Source of the DNA: the human T2T-CHM13v2.0 reference genome, Homo sapiens
DNA length: 64,000 nt
Assembly (NCBI RefSeq): GCF_009914755.1
Contig: NC_060927.1
Direction: 5' to 3' (one strand)
A program made the position numbers and the translations under genes. A model generated the notes under the pieces. That model did no database searches, was not told the DNA's origin, and worked only from the letters and a program-made list of their open reading frames with translations. Below, one piece after another: positions 26,994 through 38,799 of this stretch (position 1 is its first letter; each line of letters starts with the position of its first letter).

Positions 26994-28659
26994 GGGCAAG
27001 GGTGGGCGTGGGGAAGACTTCTACCTGCTTTGGGGGTGGGGCTGGGGGCGGGGGCCTCAGGGAAGGATTGAAAGAGCATTGTCCCCCGCAGACCAGAAAG
27101 TGCCCATCCTGGTTTCTGGCAGTGGCTGTGGGTGGTTGTGGAGGCTCAAGCCACAGGTTGGGATGGTGGGGGATGTAAGTGGGAGAGATCGACAGTAAGT
27201 TTCAGACCATCCCTCCCGCCCAGGCAATTGTCTGCACAGTCTCGGCTCTCCCGGGCTAACAGCTTGGACAAAGGCTCAGTGGGGGTGCCAGCTGGTGCTG
27301 GTGGCCTGTGCTTTCAGGTCCTTGCTCCCAGATCAAAGGCACATTGGTCCGTCCTTGCACGGGGCCTCAGCTAACCAGCTCCCCACAGGCTCCGCTCCTT
27401 TGAGGCTGCATAGGCATTAACCCTGTCCAGTCTGGAGCCCAGTTCTGGGGGAGATGGGAGAGTCTGAGGAGCCTGTCATTCTCTACTCTTAATCTCCGCC
27501 TCCAGCGATCTTGCTAAGTCCTGAAGAATCATCCCCATCCCTCCTGGAGGTGGAGGAGAACACACCCACCCTGAAGCCAGGGAATGCCCTCATTTACATA
27601 CATTTGCATCTCATTTATTCCAACACCCAGGCTGAAGCCGAGGCTAATTCAGCTGACAGGAAAACCCCACCCGCTTTAGCTCTGCTGCTCTGCTGAAGTG
27701 ATTCCCCAGGCAGGGATGAAATGAAATGGGGGTCCCTGAGACCGGGTCCTCCTCCAGAGGTGGGAGCTGAGGAAGAGTGGGCTCTTCGGCCTGAGCCCTG
27801 AATTTTGCCCACCTCCCAAGGACAAACTGGCCTGGGGGTAGCCACTCTCTTCACTGAAAGGTGGGTGGCCCTGCTTTTTTCTTCATAGCCCTTCCCCACA
27901 GTAAGGATGGGGGCCGGGGGCTTGGCAGCAGCTTATTCAACCCATCGACTGTTCATCAGTGTCTGGGTGCCAGGCCAGGGGAACTGCAAAAGGCCCAGGT
28001 CATTCAGGTACCCCCTCCAAAGTGCATAGGGCACCCCCCTACCCCAGGCCCGAGTCTTCTTTGTCAGCCCCTTTACACATGCCCAGGTCCATCCACAGGG
28101 TATCTAGAATATGCTGAGTGGCACTTCGCTGTCAGCCAAGGCAGCACTGCCCCTGGCCCTGGGTCTCCAGGGTGGGGACCTGGATGGTCTAATACCCTGA
28201 AACCACAGAGACCCAGAGTTGGAGTGCCAGCTTAGTCACCCAGGGGCATTCCACCCCGGACCCCAGACCATCTCTGTGTAAACACACATGGTATACATAA
28301 TCAGGCCAGAAAGGTGCCCACATGTGGCCCAGGAAACACCGTCATGGCACACAGGTGCCCGAGACAGCAATCAGCGTTCTAAGTCTCTTTCTAGCTCAAT
28401 TCCTTCCAACTCATTTTTCTCAATACTTGAGCTGAAAAAAAGCTTCACAGAGGAACTGTGCACTGATGCCATGGCAACTGAGGCATTTATGGGGCACCTA
28501 CTGTGTGCACCAAGAGAGATGGAAACCTCGGAGGCCCACCTCTAGGGTCTCTTAGTGTCCAGAGGGAAATAAGCCAATCAACCAATACACTAAATTTATG
28601 CCACAAAAGTGTCCATGATGTATTATAGCCAAATGTGCAACCCTTTTTTCTTAATATTC

Positions 28660-28940
28660 TTTCATACTGAGGTACTCTTTAAACACAAGAAAATGCTTTA
28701 AGTATACAGTTGGATGAGTTTTGACAAATGCATACACCTGTGTGAGTGCCACTCCAATAAGACAGCAAACATCCCCTCACCCCAGAAAGTCCCACTATTC
28801 CTTTCAGTCAACTGCTCTGATTTCTATCACCTAGGTTGGTTTTGCCTGTTCTGGAACTTCATGCATATGGAATTCTACCTTATGGGCTCTTCTGTGTCAG
28901 GCTGTTTTTACTCAACACGATGTTTGAGATTTTTACCTTT
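28660..28940 (-). mobile_element. Old L1M(E) 3' fragment
   Basis: aagtatacagttggatgagttttgacaaatgcatacacc...ttttgcctgttctggaacttcat. Confidence 0.75.
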
Positions 28941-31039
28941 TATTTGTTGGCGAGTGTGATCTAAGCTCCCTGTGTAATGCACTGTGAATACAAGTCACCC
29001 ATCTGGGGACGTGTCCTTAATTTGATCATAAAAGGCGAGGACTGGAAGGGACCTGAAGTCCAGCTATCTCTGGGGACCATAGACCCCAAGGGATCCTTAG
29101 GGAGTTGTTTTCTCTCCTTCCCTCGGACTTCCTGAAACAGAAGCTCAGCAATTAGACATCTAATAGGCACCTAGGCTCAGCAAGCAAGTGGGGGCTTTCC
29201 TTGGGTTTCCAGTTTTGCTGGCAACTAGCTGTCGCTTTATTTAACTGGCAGTCTGTGCTGCATCTGACCCAGCACAGTGGTGAGGCTGTCGCTGCAAATG
29301 GCCGGCTGAGCTCCCGTGTCTTCTTCTGACCACGTCTATGAGCAGAACATGAGGAACAGAGGCTGGGGTGGGTGGTCTCTGGCCCTCAGCCTCCTTGTAC
29401 CCCACACCAGCTGGTGTCCCTTGAGTGGAGCCCTGGGCTCAGTACAGAATGAACGCGGGGCTGGGGTTCTTCCTAGGAGCATGCCCAGAGGCAGCAGAGC
29501 TGCGCAGCCAAGGGCGGGCACCTTGGCTCTGAGGGGCTTGTCTGGGCCACTTTCCTGCGCTTGGCCCAGGTCGATGAGGCTGGGGCTTTGATGGCCAGGC
29601 AGGGTGCACTGATTGGGCTTGGCTGGTCCCACCCATGGTCTGATTTTTCCCCCATCTTAGATCATTTGGGGTACCTCCCAGCCAAGCCTGAGTGTAGGGG
29701 GATGGCTAATGTAGCTTGAGTACCCTGAGAACTGATTTGGTGCCTGAAGCCAGATTACCTCTCTCTGCTCTGCCAACTCTTTGAAAGCGGCCTCTTGCCT
29801 TGCACAGGCCTTCGAGGAATCAATACCTACCAGAACGGCATTTACCTTTCTCCTGGTGCCAGGAGAAGCCTCTCTCCTGTTCAAAATCCATTCCCAGAAA
29901 CCACGGGGGCTCCCTGGGCAAGGGTAAGGGTGAAGTCCTGTCTGAGCTCTGCCCACTTCCCCGTGTGACCTTGAGCCTATGGGGCAGCCAGCACCAGCCT
30001 TGGCCACCCAGGGCTGTTAGGAGGCCAAGGAAAGCCCTTGGTGATGATGACAGGGGTTTCTGAGTGGACAAGAGACCCTCCTGGGCACACAGAGATGCTG
30101 CGAGAGCAGCTCCATCCCTCCACTCTGCTAATACCTCTGTGGGGACATGACTTTCCATTGCCTCCCTAGGAGATTTAAACAGAAGAAGAAACTGAAGAGG
30201 AGAGAAAGAACTGAAGCCTCAGTGCATAGACATTCTCTCCTGACAACAGGCCCAGTCACATGATCTGGGCATTCACCTCTCTGAATTCTGTGCATCCTCT
30301 GTGGAGGGGTACCAGTCCCACCTGTTCCAGGCAGTCTCGCCTGGCTGCTCTGGGCCACACTGACCTCCCACCAGGGAAGCTCAGCCCCTAAGTTCAACCT
30401 TACATTCTTCCTGTCCTGGGCGGATCTCTCCCTGGCCCTCTGAGGCGAACCTAGGAGGTCTTAAGAATTTTCACTGTCCTTTTCTGCCCCTCCAGAATAG
30501 TAAACAGAGTGAGGAATGGACAAGAGAGGTTGAGAAACTGTTCTATCAGACTCTGGCTTCGCAAATCACAACTAAATTTTATGTTGGACTTGGGGCATAC
30601 CAGGTACCCCTTGGGGAAATGAAGTTGCAGGGGGAGGCTGTGGGTACCAAGCTCCCCAGCCCATGGCTGTGGCTCTTCAGGGAAGACAAGTGACGGCAGG
30701 CGGGGTGGAGAAGGTAAGATAAGTGTTAAAGAATTGATGTCAGATGGCCTCAGTGTTGTGCCAGGGGTGGTGCCTACCTCCACAAAGCCTGGTCCTGGGA
30801 CTGTCCCCACACTGGGGCTCCCAGGCTCTGAGAATTGATGTGGGGTCTCTATAAATAGCGTCATTCCATATTGATCATCTTAAAAAGACACGGTATGTTC
30901 TAGGCCCACGGATAGGAGAGTTGTGTCTAAAAATAGTCTCATCCCCAGGAACCGCTGCCAGCCTGAGGCGAGTGGTGTAAGCTGTGCATAGCCGAATGGG
31001 CAGTCTGAAGGGGTGGGTCAGAAACAGAGGCACAGAACC

Positions 31040-33990
31040 TCTCCATCCCTACCCTATTCCCTCTGCTCCAACCCACAGAGTTTGCCCCTGCCTCAGGGCC
31101 TTTGCACTTGCAGTTCCCTCTGTAACATTCTTTCCCTAGACCTCCTCGGGCTTGGTTCTTTCATGTTATTCAGGTCTCAGTTCAGTCTCCTCCTTCAAGG
31201 GGCTTTCCCTGCCCAGCCAGTCTAGAGTCACCCCCACGTCTCTCCATCACATTGTCCTGTTGTATTTCCTTCATAGCACTAGCCCCTATCTCAAATTATC
31301 TTCTGTATGGATTGGTTTAATGGTATCTCCCTACTTGTATGTAAACTTCATAAGAACAATTGTTATAGCTTGTACACCTTCTAGAACCTTCCATGGCCCA
31401 AAGGCATGAACTCTGCCTCAGACCCCTGCATCAGGGCAGCCTGGGCTGGCAGCAGGCTGTGGGGCTCTCCCGTCCCAGGCTTCCCCTGCAGCCCTGGCCA
31501 GCCCTGTCGTGGGTCTGCTCCCCACGGGGCCCAGCCTCTGTCCACAGGCTACTCACTGGCCCTGCTTTTTCCTCTCTCTGCCTTCTTCATGTATTTAGCC
31601 GCAGGGCTTTTACTCCAGCTCCCTTCTCCCAATCCTATCACCCTGGATACCTGCCCTAGACAACTTAATCTTGTCCCTAAATACGGCTTTCTGGAACACC
31701 CTTCTCTCTGCAGAGCAAGGGCTCCCTTCCCTTTCTGCCTGCCACCCCCAGCAGGAATCACATTTCCTGCCATCAAAATCTCCCTCCCAGAGATTCACAG
31801 AAAGAGTTATTCCCTCTACCCAGGCCTTCCTGACTGCCCCCTGAACAAACAGTAACCACTACACACTTCACTGGTACGATCTTAACTCACAGACCTGCAG
31901 CCCTCACTGAGGGAAAGGCCTTCCCCCAGGCTCCTGCACGGCGATGTGCTGCACGGACACGCATGCCCACAGTGTCCACTCCAGGCTCTCCCGACAGCCC
32001 TCCCTGACCCCACCCCTCGCCAGCTCCCTTCTATCTCTCTCCTCCCTCTTCAACCATCAAACTCTTTGAAAGAGCTGTCTACACATGCTGTCTCCACGTC
32101 CTCACCTCCAGCTCGCTTCTCAACCCACTCCAAACTGGCTTCCATTCCCACCAAGTCACTCATTCATTCATTCAACAAGAACCTGTCTGTACTGGGCCCT
32201 ACATTCTGCGGGCGCTGAGTGGAGTTTCTCCTACCAAGGTCACCAGCACCCTCACCATGGCTCGATCTAATGGACACTTCTTTTTAAATTATTCATTCTT
32301 TTTCTATCTATCCATGAACTTCTGAGAATGCACCTTAAGTCTCTCAGCAGAAAGAAACAGGGCACTTTCCCTCCCCCCGAGCAGGGCACTCTCCTTGCCT
32401 TCTGCAGCGCCTCCTACTCCTGGCTTTCCTCCTACCTCTCTGGCTGCTCCTTTTCAGCCTTCTCTGCAGACTTCTCCTGCTTTGATGGTTGGAGTATTTC
32501 TGGGCTCCTGACTCAACCCCCTTCCTTCTTACCCTCTACACCACGTTAGAATCACCTGGGTGCTTCCAAAACTCCCGATGCCCAGGCCTCATCCCAGGGT
32601 CAAATGAATTAGCATGTCTAGGGCTGGAGCCTGAGCATAGGTATTTTTACTTAAAGCTTTCCAAGTGATGCTAATGTCACCAGGAGTGAGAACCCCAGGT
32701 CTGCACTCTCGCTGGGCAATCTAACTCAGTGCCACATCTCCAATGACCAACCTCTGCTGAAAGCTCTAAGTTTCCATTTCCAGCCCAGATCTCCATCCTG
32801 AACATACTTCCTACCTGGACCCTTCCCTCCAACTACCTTCTGGATGTCAGCATCTGTCCCTGGAAGTACAACAGGTTCAAATCAGAACCATGAAACATCT
32901 GTCACTTTTCCTTTGCTCTTCATCAAGCTTGCCAACCCAAATTTAACTTGCCCATTCTTCTTCTCATGGTGCGCCAGGGGGCAGCACACCTCACTTAGTG
33001 AGACATTGGAGGTGGGGAATGGGAGAGCAGCATGTCACTTGACAGAGAAGGAAGATGGGACACCATAAGTTCTATTACCTGTGGTAAGCTGCCAGTCGCC
33101 TCTCCTTCAATGGAAAGACTTTGCATGGCACCCATGGTCTGAGCTGGGGAGGTGGTATAGTACACAGCAGATATTGACACTTGGGCTCAAACCCAAGTTC
33201 TGCTACTTAGAAAATGTGACGGTGTGCAACTATTTAACCTTTCTGGACCACCAGTTTCACCATCTGCAAAACGGCCATTATGATGGTCCCTACCTCTAGG
33301 GTTGATGCAAGGATTCAGTGAGATTAACCGTATAAAGCGCTTAGTGCCATGCCTGGCCTGCAGAAAGCACTCAGTGAATGTTAGCTATTTTTAGTAACAT
33401 TACTGAGGATAAATTCCCAATTCCTGAGCAGAGCTCACAAGGGCCCCCGTGACTGTGACCTTGGCTTTAACTCCGCTCTTCTCTTCCTCACACCATGGGG
33501 CCCAACGAATCACTCAACTAATAATTGTGCTGTTTCACTTTTCTGTCTTTTGTACATACTGGTCCTGACAGCTAGACTGCACTGTCCTTGCCTGGAAAAC
33601 TCCTATTCACCCTTCAAAACCCAGTGTGGAAGGTTATTTTTGTTAGAATAAGATTCTTGACTATTCCGGCCAAAGGTAACCACCTCTCCTGTGAATGGGC
33701 TCTGGGGACACACTTCTACCACTGCACACCCTTCCAATAACCTTCCCAAGAGTGAGCATAAGCCAGCCTCCTCTGAACAGAACACAAACTGCAATTTGCC
33801 ACTGTCCCTGGCTGCCCTCAGGACTCCCTTCTCTTTGGATTGCCTGGGCACCAGCCTCCGCTCTTCTCCCATCCCCAGCTGTCTCTGGTGCTTCCCACTA
33901 GTCCTCCAAGCCCAATCTTCATGCTGAGTGAGTCAATACTAGAATTTTTCCAGAGGAGCTTTGATCAACACACAGAGAGGGAGCCGAGCA
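31040..33990 (+). mobile_element. Cluster of L2 fragments with nested MER5 and MIR (33140-33395)
   Basis: cctcagggcctttgcacttgcagttccctct (L2 3' end); caactccaaactggcttc..caaggtcaccag-type L2 RT motifs; MIR core and tail. Confidence 0.7.
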
Positions 33991-35169
33991 CCTTGGAGCA
34001 CAGCAGCTGCCCTTGCCACATTGGGCTGAATGCTGGCTCTTGGCACCCCAGGGCCAGTTCCCCTTCTGCTCAGATCCTCCTGGCTCAGTTCTAGGCTTAT
34101 TTGCCCCACAGAAAGTAGATCTCAAGGTGTCTTCACATTGCGTGGTGCCCCCAATCCACTGATTCTCTAGATGACATTGAATAAGTCCTTGAGCTCCTCT
34201 GGGCCTCAGTTTCCCCACTTGTATGATATGGTAGTGATGACATGATTAAAAGTTTAATGAGGCTCTTTTCAGCACAGAGCTGGACACTGTAACATAGAAT
34301 CTGTGTTCCACACCCTGGCTGTCACCTGACCTCACCCTCTCCATGCTCCTGCAACAGCAGCCTGACCACCCTCATTCCACCTCGCACTCATTACCACCGA
34401 TTCATATGCACCTGCCCAATTCTAACTGAGTGGAGATGAGGTCAAACAGATGGAGTTGAGGGCAGCGGCAATGGCCTGGGCCCCCAGTAGCTGGGGCCTC
34501 TGCTGCTCACGGTCCCACTAGATCCTGAAGGATGGTGGGAACCTGGGAGAGGGCTTGGGATGCCATGGCATGGTGGGGGTCACGTGGTTTGCCATCTGGA
34601 TGATACTGCCTAGGCTCACTGGGAGACACACCTGGGGTCTCAGCAGGAGGCGAGCAGATGCCTGGGAATGGAACATAGGCCCAGGACCTTAAGAGGAGAT
34701 AGATCCCATGGCCCGGGGCTGGGCTGAAGGCACTGAGGAGCACAAGAGTGAGTCCTGCACTATCTTAGCCATGGCATCCTGATCTGGCTGTGCTCTGCTC
34801 TCCAACAGGTGTTTGCAAGGCAGGCCTACAGCCAGGGACTTGTCCCCAACATCATTTCCCCCCATCCTCATCACCACCACTAACAGTCCCCACACCTCTG
34901 GCCCCCACCAGCTCTTGGCCTCTCGGACAAAGCTTGGCACCTCCACTTTCTTCCAGAGCGCCACCAAAGACGATCAAATAACACAGAGGTCGAGAGCCAC
35001 CTCCCATCAGGGTGCGTGGATCTGTTCCGGCTCAGAGAGAGGAGGGCAGAGAACTCTCTCCAATCTCACCGCAAAGAGATCTCCACCCCTTCGAGAAGCA
35101 CAGAGATCAGACAGAGGAGATGCGGCCCCTTTAGGGCGTCAAAGGGCACCGAGATCTCTACATGGTCTA

Positions 35170-36230
35170 AACGCGCAGAGATCTCGTCCCACAGAGAGGA
35201 CAGCCCCAGCGGACGGTTCCCCCTGGGCCCAGAGAAAGGGGGTGCGTGGCTTCCTCCCCCATATCCAGCCCTGCTCGGTCAGCCCCCGCAAACCCCGCTC
35301 TCTGGAACCACATTCATGGCGCGCCTAGTCGCCGCTCTGACCTTGGGGTCTCCGGCCTCCGGTATCCGGGTCCCAATCCCAGACCCTCCCCGAGCCTGCG
35401 CCAGGGATGGCCGGGAAGCTGGGGCCGCAGCTCCCCCTCCCCCGGCCCTCGACAGCGCACCGGGAAACCCGGAAGGAAAGGGAAGGGAAGGGGGGCGCAC
35501 GGTGTTTAGAGACGTCTCCCCCGGGGATACCCTCCAGCCGGGCGGATCTGCGCCCCTTCTCCCCCTCCGGCTCTCTGGGGCACTGATCGGGGAGGGAGCG
35601 GCTGGGCGGACCCGGGGCAGGGAGGAGCACGCAGGGACTGGAGGCTTCGGCCCTCGGGGAGGAAAGTTGGGCGGCGGCAGGCGGAGGGGGCTCCGGCCGG
35701 GCCAGGGCTGCCGGGCGCGGGGGCACTCGCTCACCTGCTGGTCCCCCGGCCGGGCCCCGGGGTGGGCGGCTGCTGCTTGGCGCGGACTCGGCTCGGCGCG
35801 GGGCTCGGGGCACTGGGCGCAGGCTCAGCGGCCCCGGGGGAGCGATCCCTGCATCCTACGGGCGCCGCCGCCGTCTCGGCTCCGCGGCTCTGTTCGGGCT
35901 CCCGGGCTGGGCAGGCGGCGCGGGCTCGGGCTGGGGGCGGGGTCGGGGGCGGGGTCGGGGCGGGCCCCGCCTGGGTTCGGCCTGGGGCTTGGGGCCCCGG
36001 GCTGGCTCCGCCCCAGAGCGACGCGCCCAGGGCTCCGCACGTGGTGCTCCGCCCGCTCGGAGGGGGGACACACCAGCGCCCGCCGGGGCGCACACTCCCA
36101 CACTGACCCGGGGGCTCACAGCCACAGACAGCCGCACACGCGGCCGCGGACAGACAGACATAGGCGGGGGTACACACACGGCGACCCGGCGACGCTTCAC
36201 CACAGATGGCCACCCACGCGGACGCGGACA
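35170..36230. promoter_or_regulatory. SCN5A: CpG island / TATA-less SCN5A core promoter with tandem GC boxes (GGGGCGGGG, ~35934-35964)
   Basis: Very high GC and CpG density spanning exon 1; repeated Sp1-type GC boxes just upstream of exon 1. Confidence 0.92.
35735..35876 (-). other. SCN5A: SCN5A non-coding exon 1 (5' UTR); 5' end approximate
   Basis: Donor AGCAG|gtgagc at 35735/35734. The sequence AGACGGCGGCGGCGCCCGTAGGATGCAGGG... matches the SCN5A mRNA leader as I recall it, and it lies inside the CpG island. Confidence 0.9.
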
Positions 36231-36935
36231 GGCTCACATTAACAAACACTGGCATACACACCAGCACCCGCCAGAGTATACACACACACACACGCAACCT
36301 TGCTGACTTGGGAAGGCTACCAGACACCCACCCACCCACGTGGACACGGGCATACACTGACACTCATGCCGAGACAGACACACGCTGCCATAGGCATACC
36401 TGCACTGACACAGACACACACATGCACCCTGAGACAGATACACACCCCCACACACCCACACAGACACAGACAGACACATCATTGACACACACTGACACTG
36501 AGGAAGACACTCTGACAAACTTAGACACCCACATGACTTAGACACACATCCACTGACACACTGACACAGAGACACACACACTCACTCGAACCACACTTTC
36601 CTGGAGACACACTTAGTGATGCCACAGAAATCTGCACAATGGTACACATCTACCTGAACACACGGACGCACATGCTGACAGAACCAAACACACACCCAGA
36701 CCCAGAAGCAAGCAGGCAACCAACACAGAGACACCCACACACGCGCGCGCGCAAACACACACACACACATACATATATATACATGTATATACCTCTTTAT
36801 ATATATACTTCCACCCTCTTGAGCCACATACAACCTTCACCTTGACACATGCAGAGCCTGGAGTCACATACTTACACACCCACTGTTTCTCACTCAGAGA
36901 CATGGTCACAGGCACACACACACGGAGACATACGC
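36065..36935. repeat. Degenerate CA/CAGA-rich low-complexity tract of the upstream promoter, with a (CG)n/(CA)n/(TA)n core at ~36736-36808
   Basis: Iterated acacac/acagac/actgac units visible directly. Confidence 0.85.
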
Positions 36936-37012
36936 TGACAAACAGTTGCTCCCATGCCCATGCCCAGGACCTATGGGGACACACTTCTTGTTTAAACAAA
37001 ACAGGCCATCAG

Positions 37013-37123
37013 GGCAACCCGCTTGGGTCCCCTTCCACGCTGTGGAAGCTTTGTTCTTTCCCTCTTCACAATAAATCTTGCGCTTCTAAAAACAAAAACA
37101 AAAACAAAACAAAACAACAACAA
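37013..37123 (+). mobile_element. Retroposed 3' end of an ERV9/LTR12 transcript (75 bp plus A-rich tail) with 15-bp TSD
   Basis: GGCAACCCGCTTGGGTCCCCTTCCACGCTGTGGAAGCTTTGTTCTTT..CAATAAATCTTGC resembles the LTR12 R region; tail starts at 37088; aaaacaggccatcag at 36998-37012 and 37124-37138. Confidence 0.85.
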
Positions 37124-38156
37124 AAAACAGGCCATCAGCTTTTGCCCACGAAAAAAGTACAGTCATTGGAAGGGATGGTACACTTTTCTGCCACATTTTC
37201 AGGGCTCCCAAAAGCAAGAACCGCTCTTAGAGAGCCAAATGGGTGCCAGGGTCTCAGAGGGCACAGAGGTGCTGGGTTTGGGAGCCCAGAGGCTGGGACC
37301 TGCTCCTCCATGATGGGGATCTTGAAGAGGTGGGAGGGCAAAGAGGGGGGTGGGGGACAGCGTCCGTTTGCGACCTGGGTGTGGGGCTTCGTTGGACGCC
37401 TTAGGTACATACGGAGGGGCTGCTCTGCTTGCAGGAGGGGATCAGTAGGAAAGTCAGTCCACAGGAAAGTTCAGGACATGGGCCTCTCCGGCCCCGAGTT
37501 GAGTGGGGTGTCTGGGGTACAGACGGATGGACCACACAGGTCGGCTGCCAGCCTTTAGCGCCTGACGAGCCTCAGGTTGGCTAGCAGCTCCCACTATCGG
37601 CCAGAAGGGGAAGTGCAGGCAGTGTCAACGTTTCAACCCACGTGCAGCCGCCTTCCCAGAGTCACACCTACCAGGCAGGAGAGTACAGTAGCAGGAAGGT
37701 CCTACCTCCCCTAAGAACTTCCATCACGGGCTTCTCGGCCTCAGAATGAAGCTTCTACTTGCAAACTGACATTGGGTCAAGCAGGAGACAAGGCTAGGAT
37801 AGAAGCTGCTGGGAGTAGGGGTGGATACCTGCCTCCCTTCCGTCCATATGTAGCAGAAGTGGGGTTTTCACTCTCCTGTTTAGTATTGGGCAACTGGATG
37901 TTGCCAGCAGGAGAGGTGGGCTGAGCCTGGTAAGTCTACATGCAACCTGAATTTAAACAGGGGGAGAGAAGCCCAGGGGATGGGGAACCAGAGCTCTGAA
38001 CCTGTAGAAGTTCATCCATAAAAGCACACCTTGTGGTCCTAGAGAGGCCTCAGAGTGCAGAGACAGGCAACAGGTGTCTGGAGACAGGCACTTCCTACAA
38101 AGAGCCCTTGCCAAGATCTTGGCTACTCCCTTCTCTTTGCCAGACCCTATTTAAAT

Positions 38157-38461
38157 TTTTTGTTTTGTTTTGTTTTGTTTGAGACGGAGTCTTGCATTGC
38201 CTCCAGGGCTGAAGTGCAGTGGCGTGATCTCGGCTCACTGCAACCTCCGCCTCCCCAGTTCAAGCAATCCTCCTGCCTCAGCCTCCTGAGTCTCTGGGAT
38301 TGCAGGTGCTCGTCACCATGCCCAGCTAATTTTTTGTATTTTTAGTAGAGACGGGGTTTCACCATGTTGGCCAGGCTGGTCTCGAACTCCTGACCTCGTG
38401 ATTTACCCACCTCGGCCTCCCAAAGTGCTGGGATTACAGGCGTGAGCCACCATGTCTGGCC
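38157..38461 (-). mobile_element. AluS (Sg-like)
   Basis: Antisense Alu with TSD accctatttaa. Confidence 0.95.
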
Positions 38462-38799
38462 AACCCTATTTAATTAAAGCAATAACAGGAACATGTTGTC
38501 AGCTGTCAGAGATAAATGTTTTTAAAAACTAGTATGTCCTTTATTCGCCCCTCAGTTTCGCCCAGGGTTTGCCTTTACTTTGCCTCAGGTTCAAAGCTGG
38601 GTTAACCATATCATTACTCCTCTCTTGTGTTTTTGTTTTATTTCTTCCCCCATCATCACTCCACTGCCATCTCCTTCTCCACACAGGCACCCCTCTAGGA
38701 GCTAAAGTAGGTCTTTATGTGCACATCCTTGTAAAACAGGTAGTATTGTTGTTTGTGCATATGCATTTTCTCTTCTAACAGCCCAAAGCTTTTCTTTTT

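Noticed and set aside
31880-31990. Possible alternative SCN5A first exon (minus-strand donor TCT|gtgagt at ~31890)
   Set aside because: Alternative 5' exons have been reported for SCN5A, but a lone donor-like motif cannot place one without transcript data.
35016-36242. 408-aa + strand ORF and other long ORFs across the promoter
   Set aside because: GTG start, low-complexity Gly/Arg/Pro/Ala composition; stop-codon depletion is expected in a CpG island; no recognisable domain.
36206-37558. His/Thr-rich and Cys/Val-rich ORFs
   Set aside because: Translations of the CA/GT low-complexity tract.
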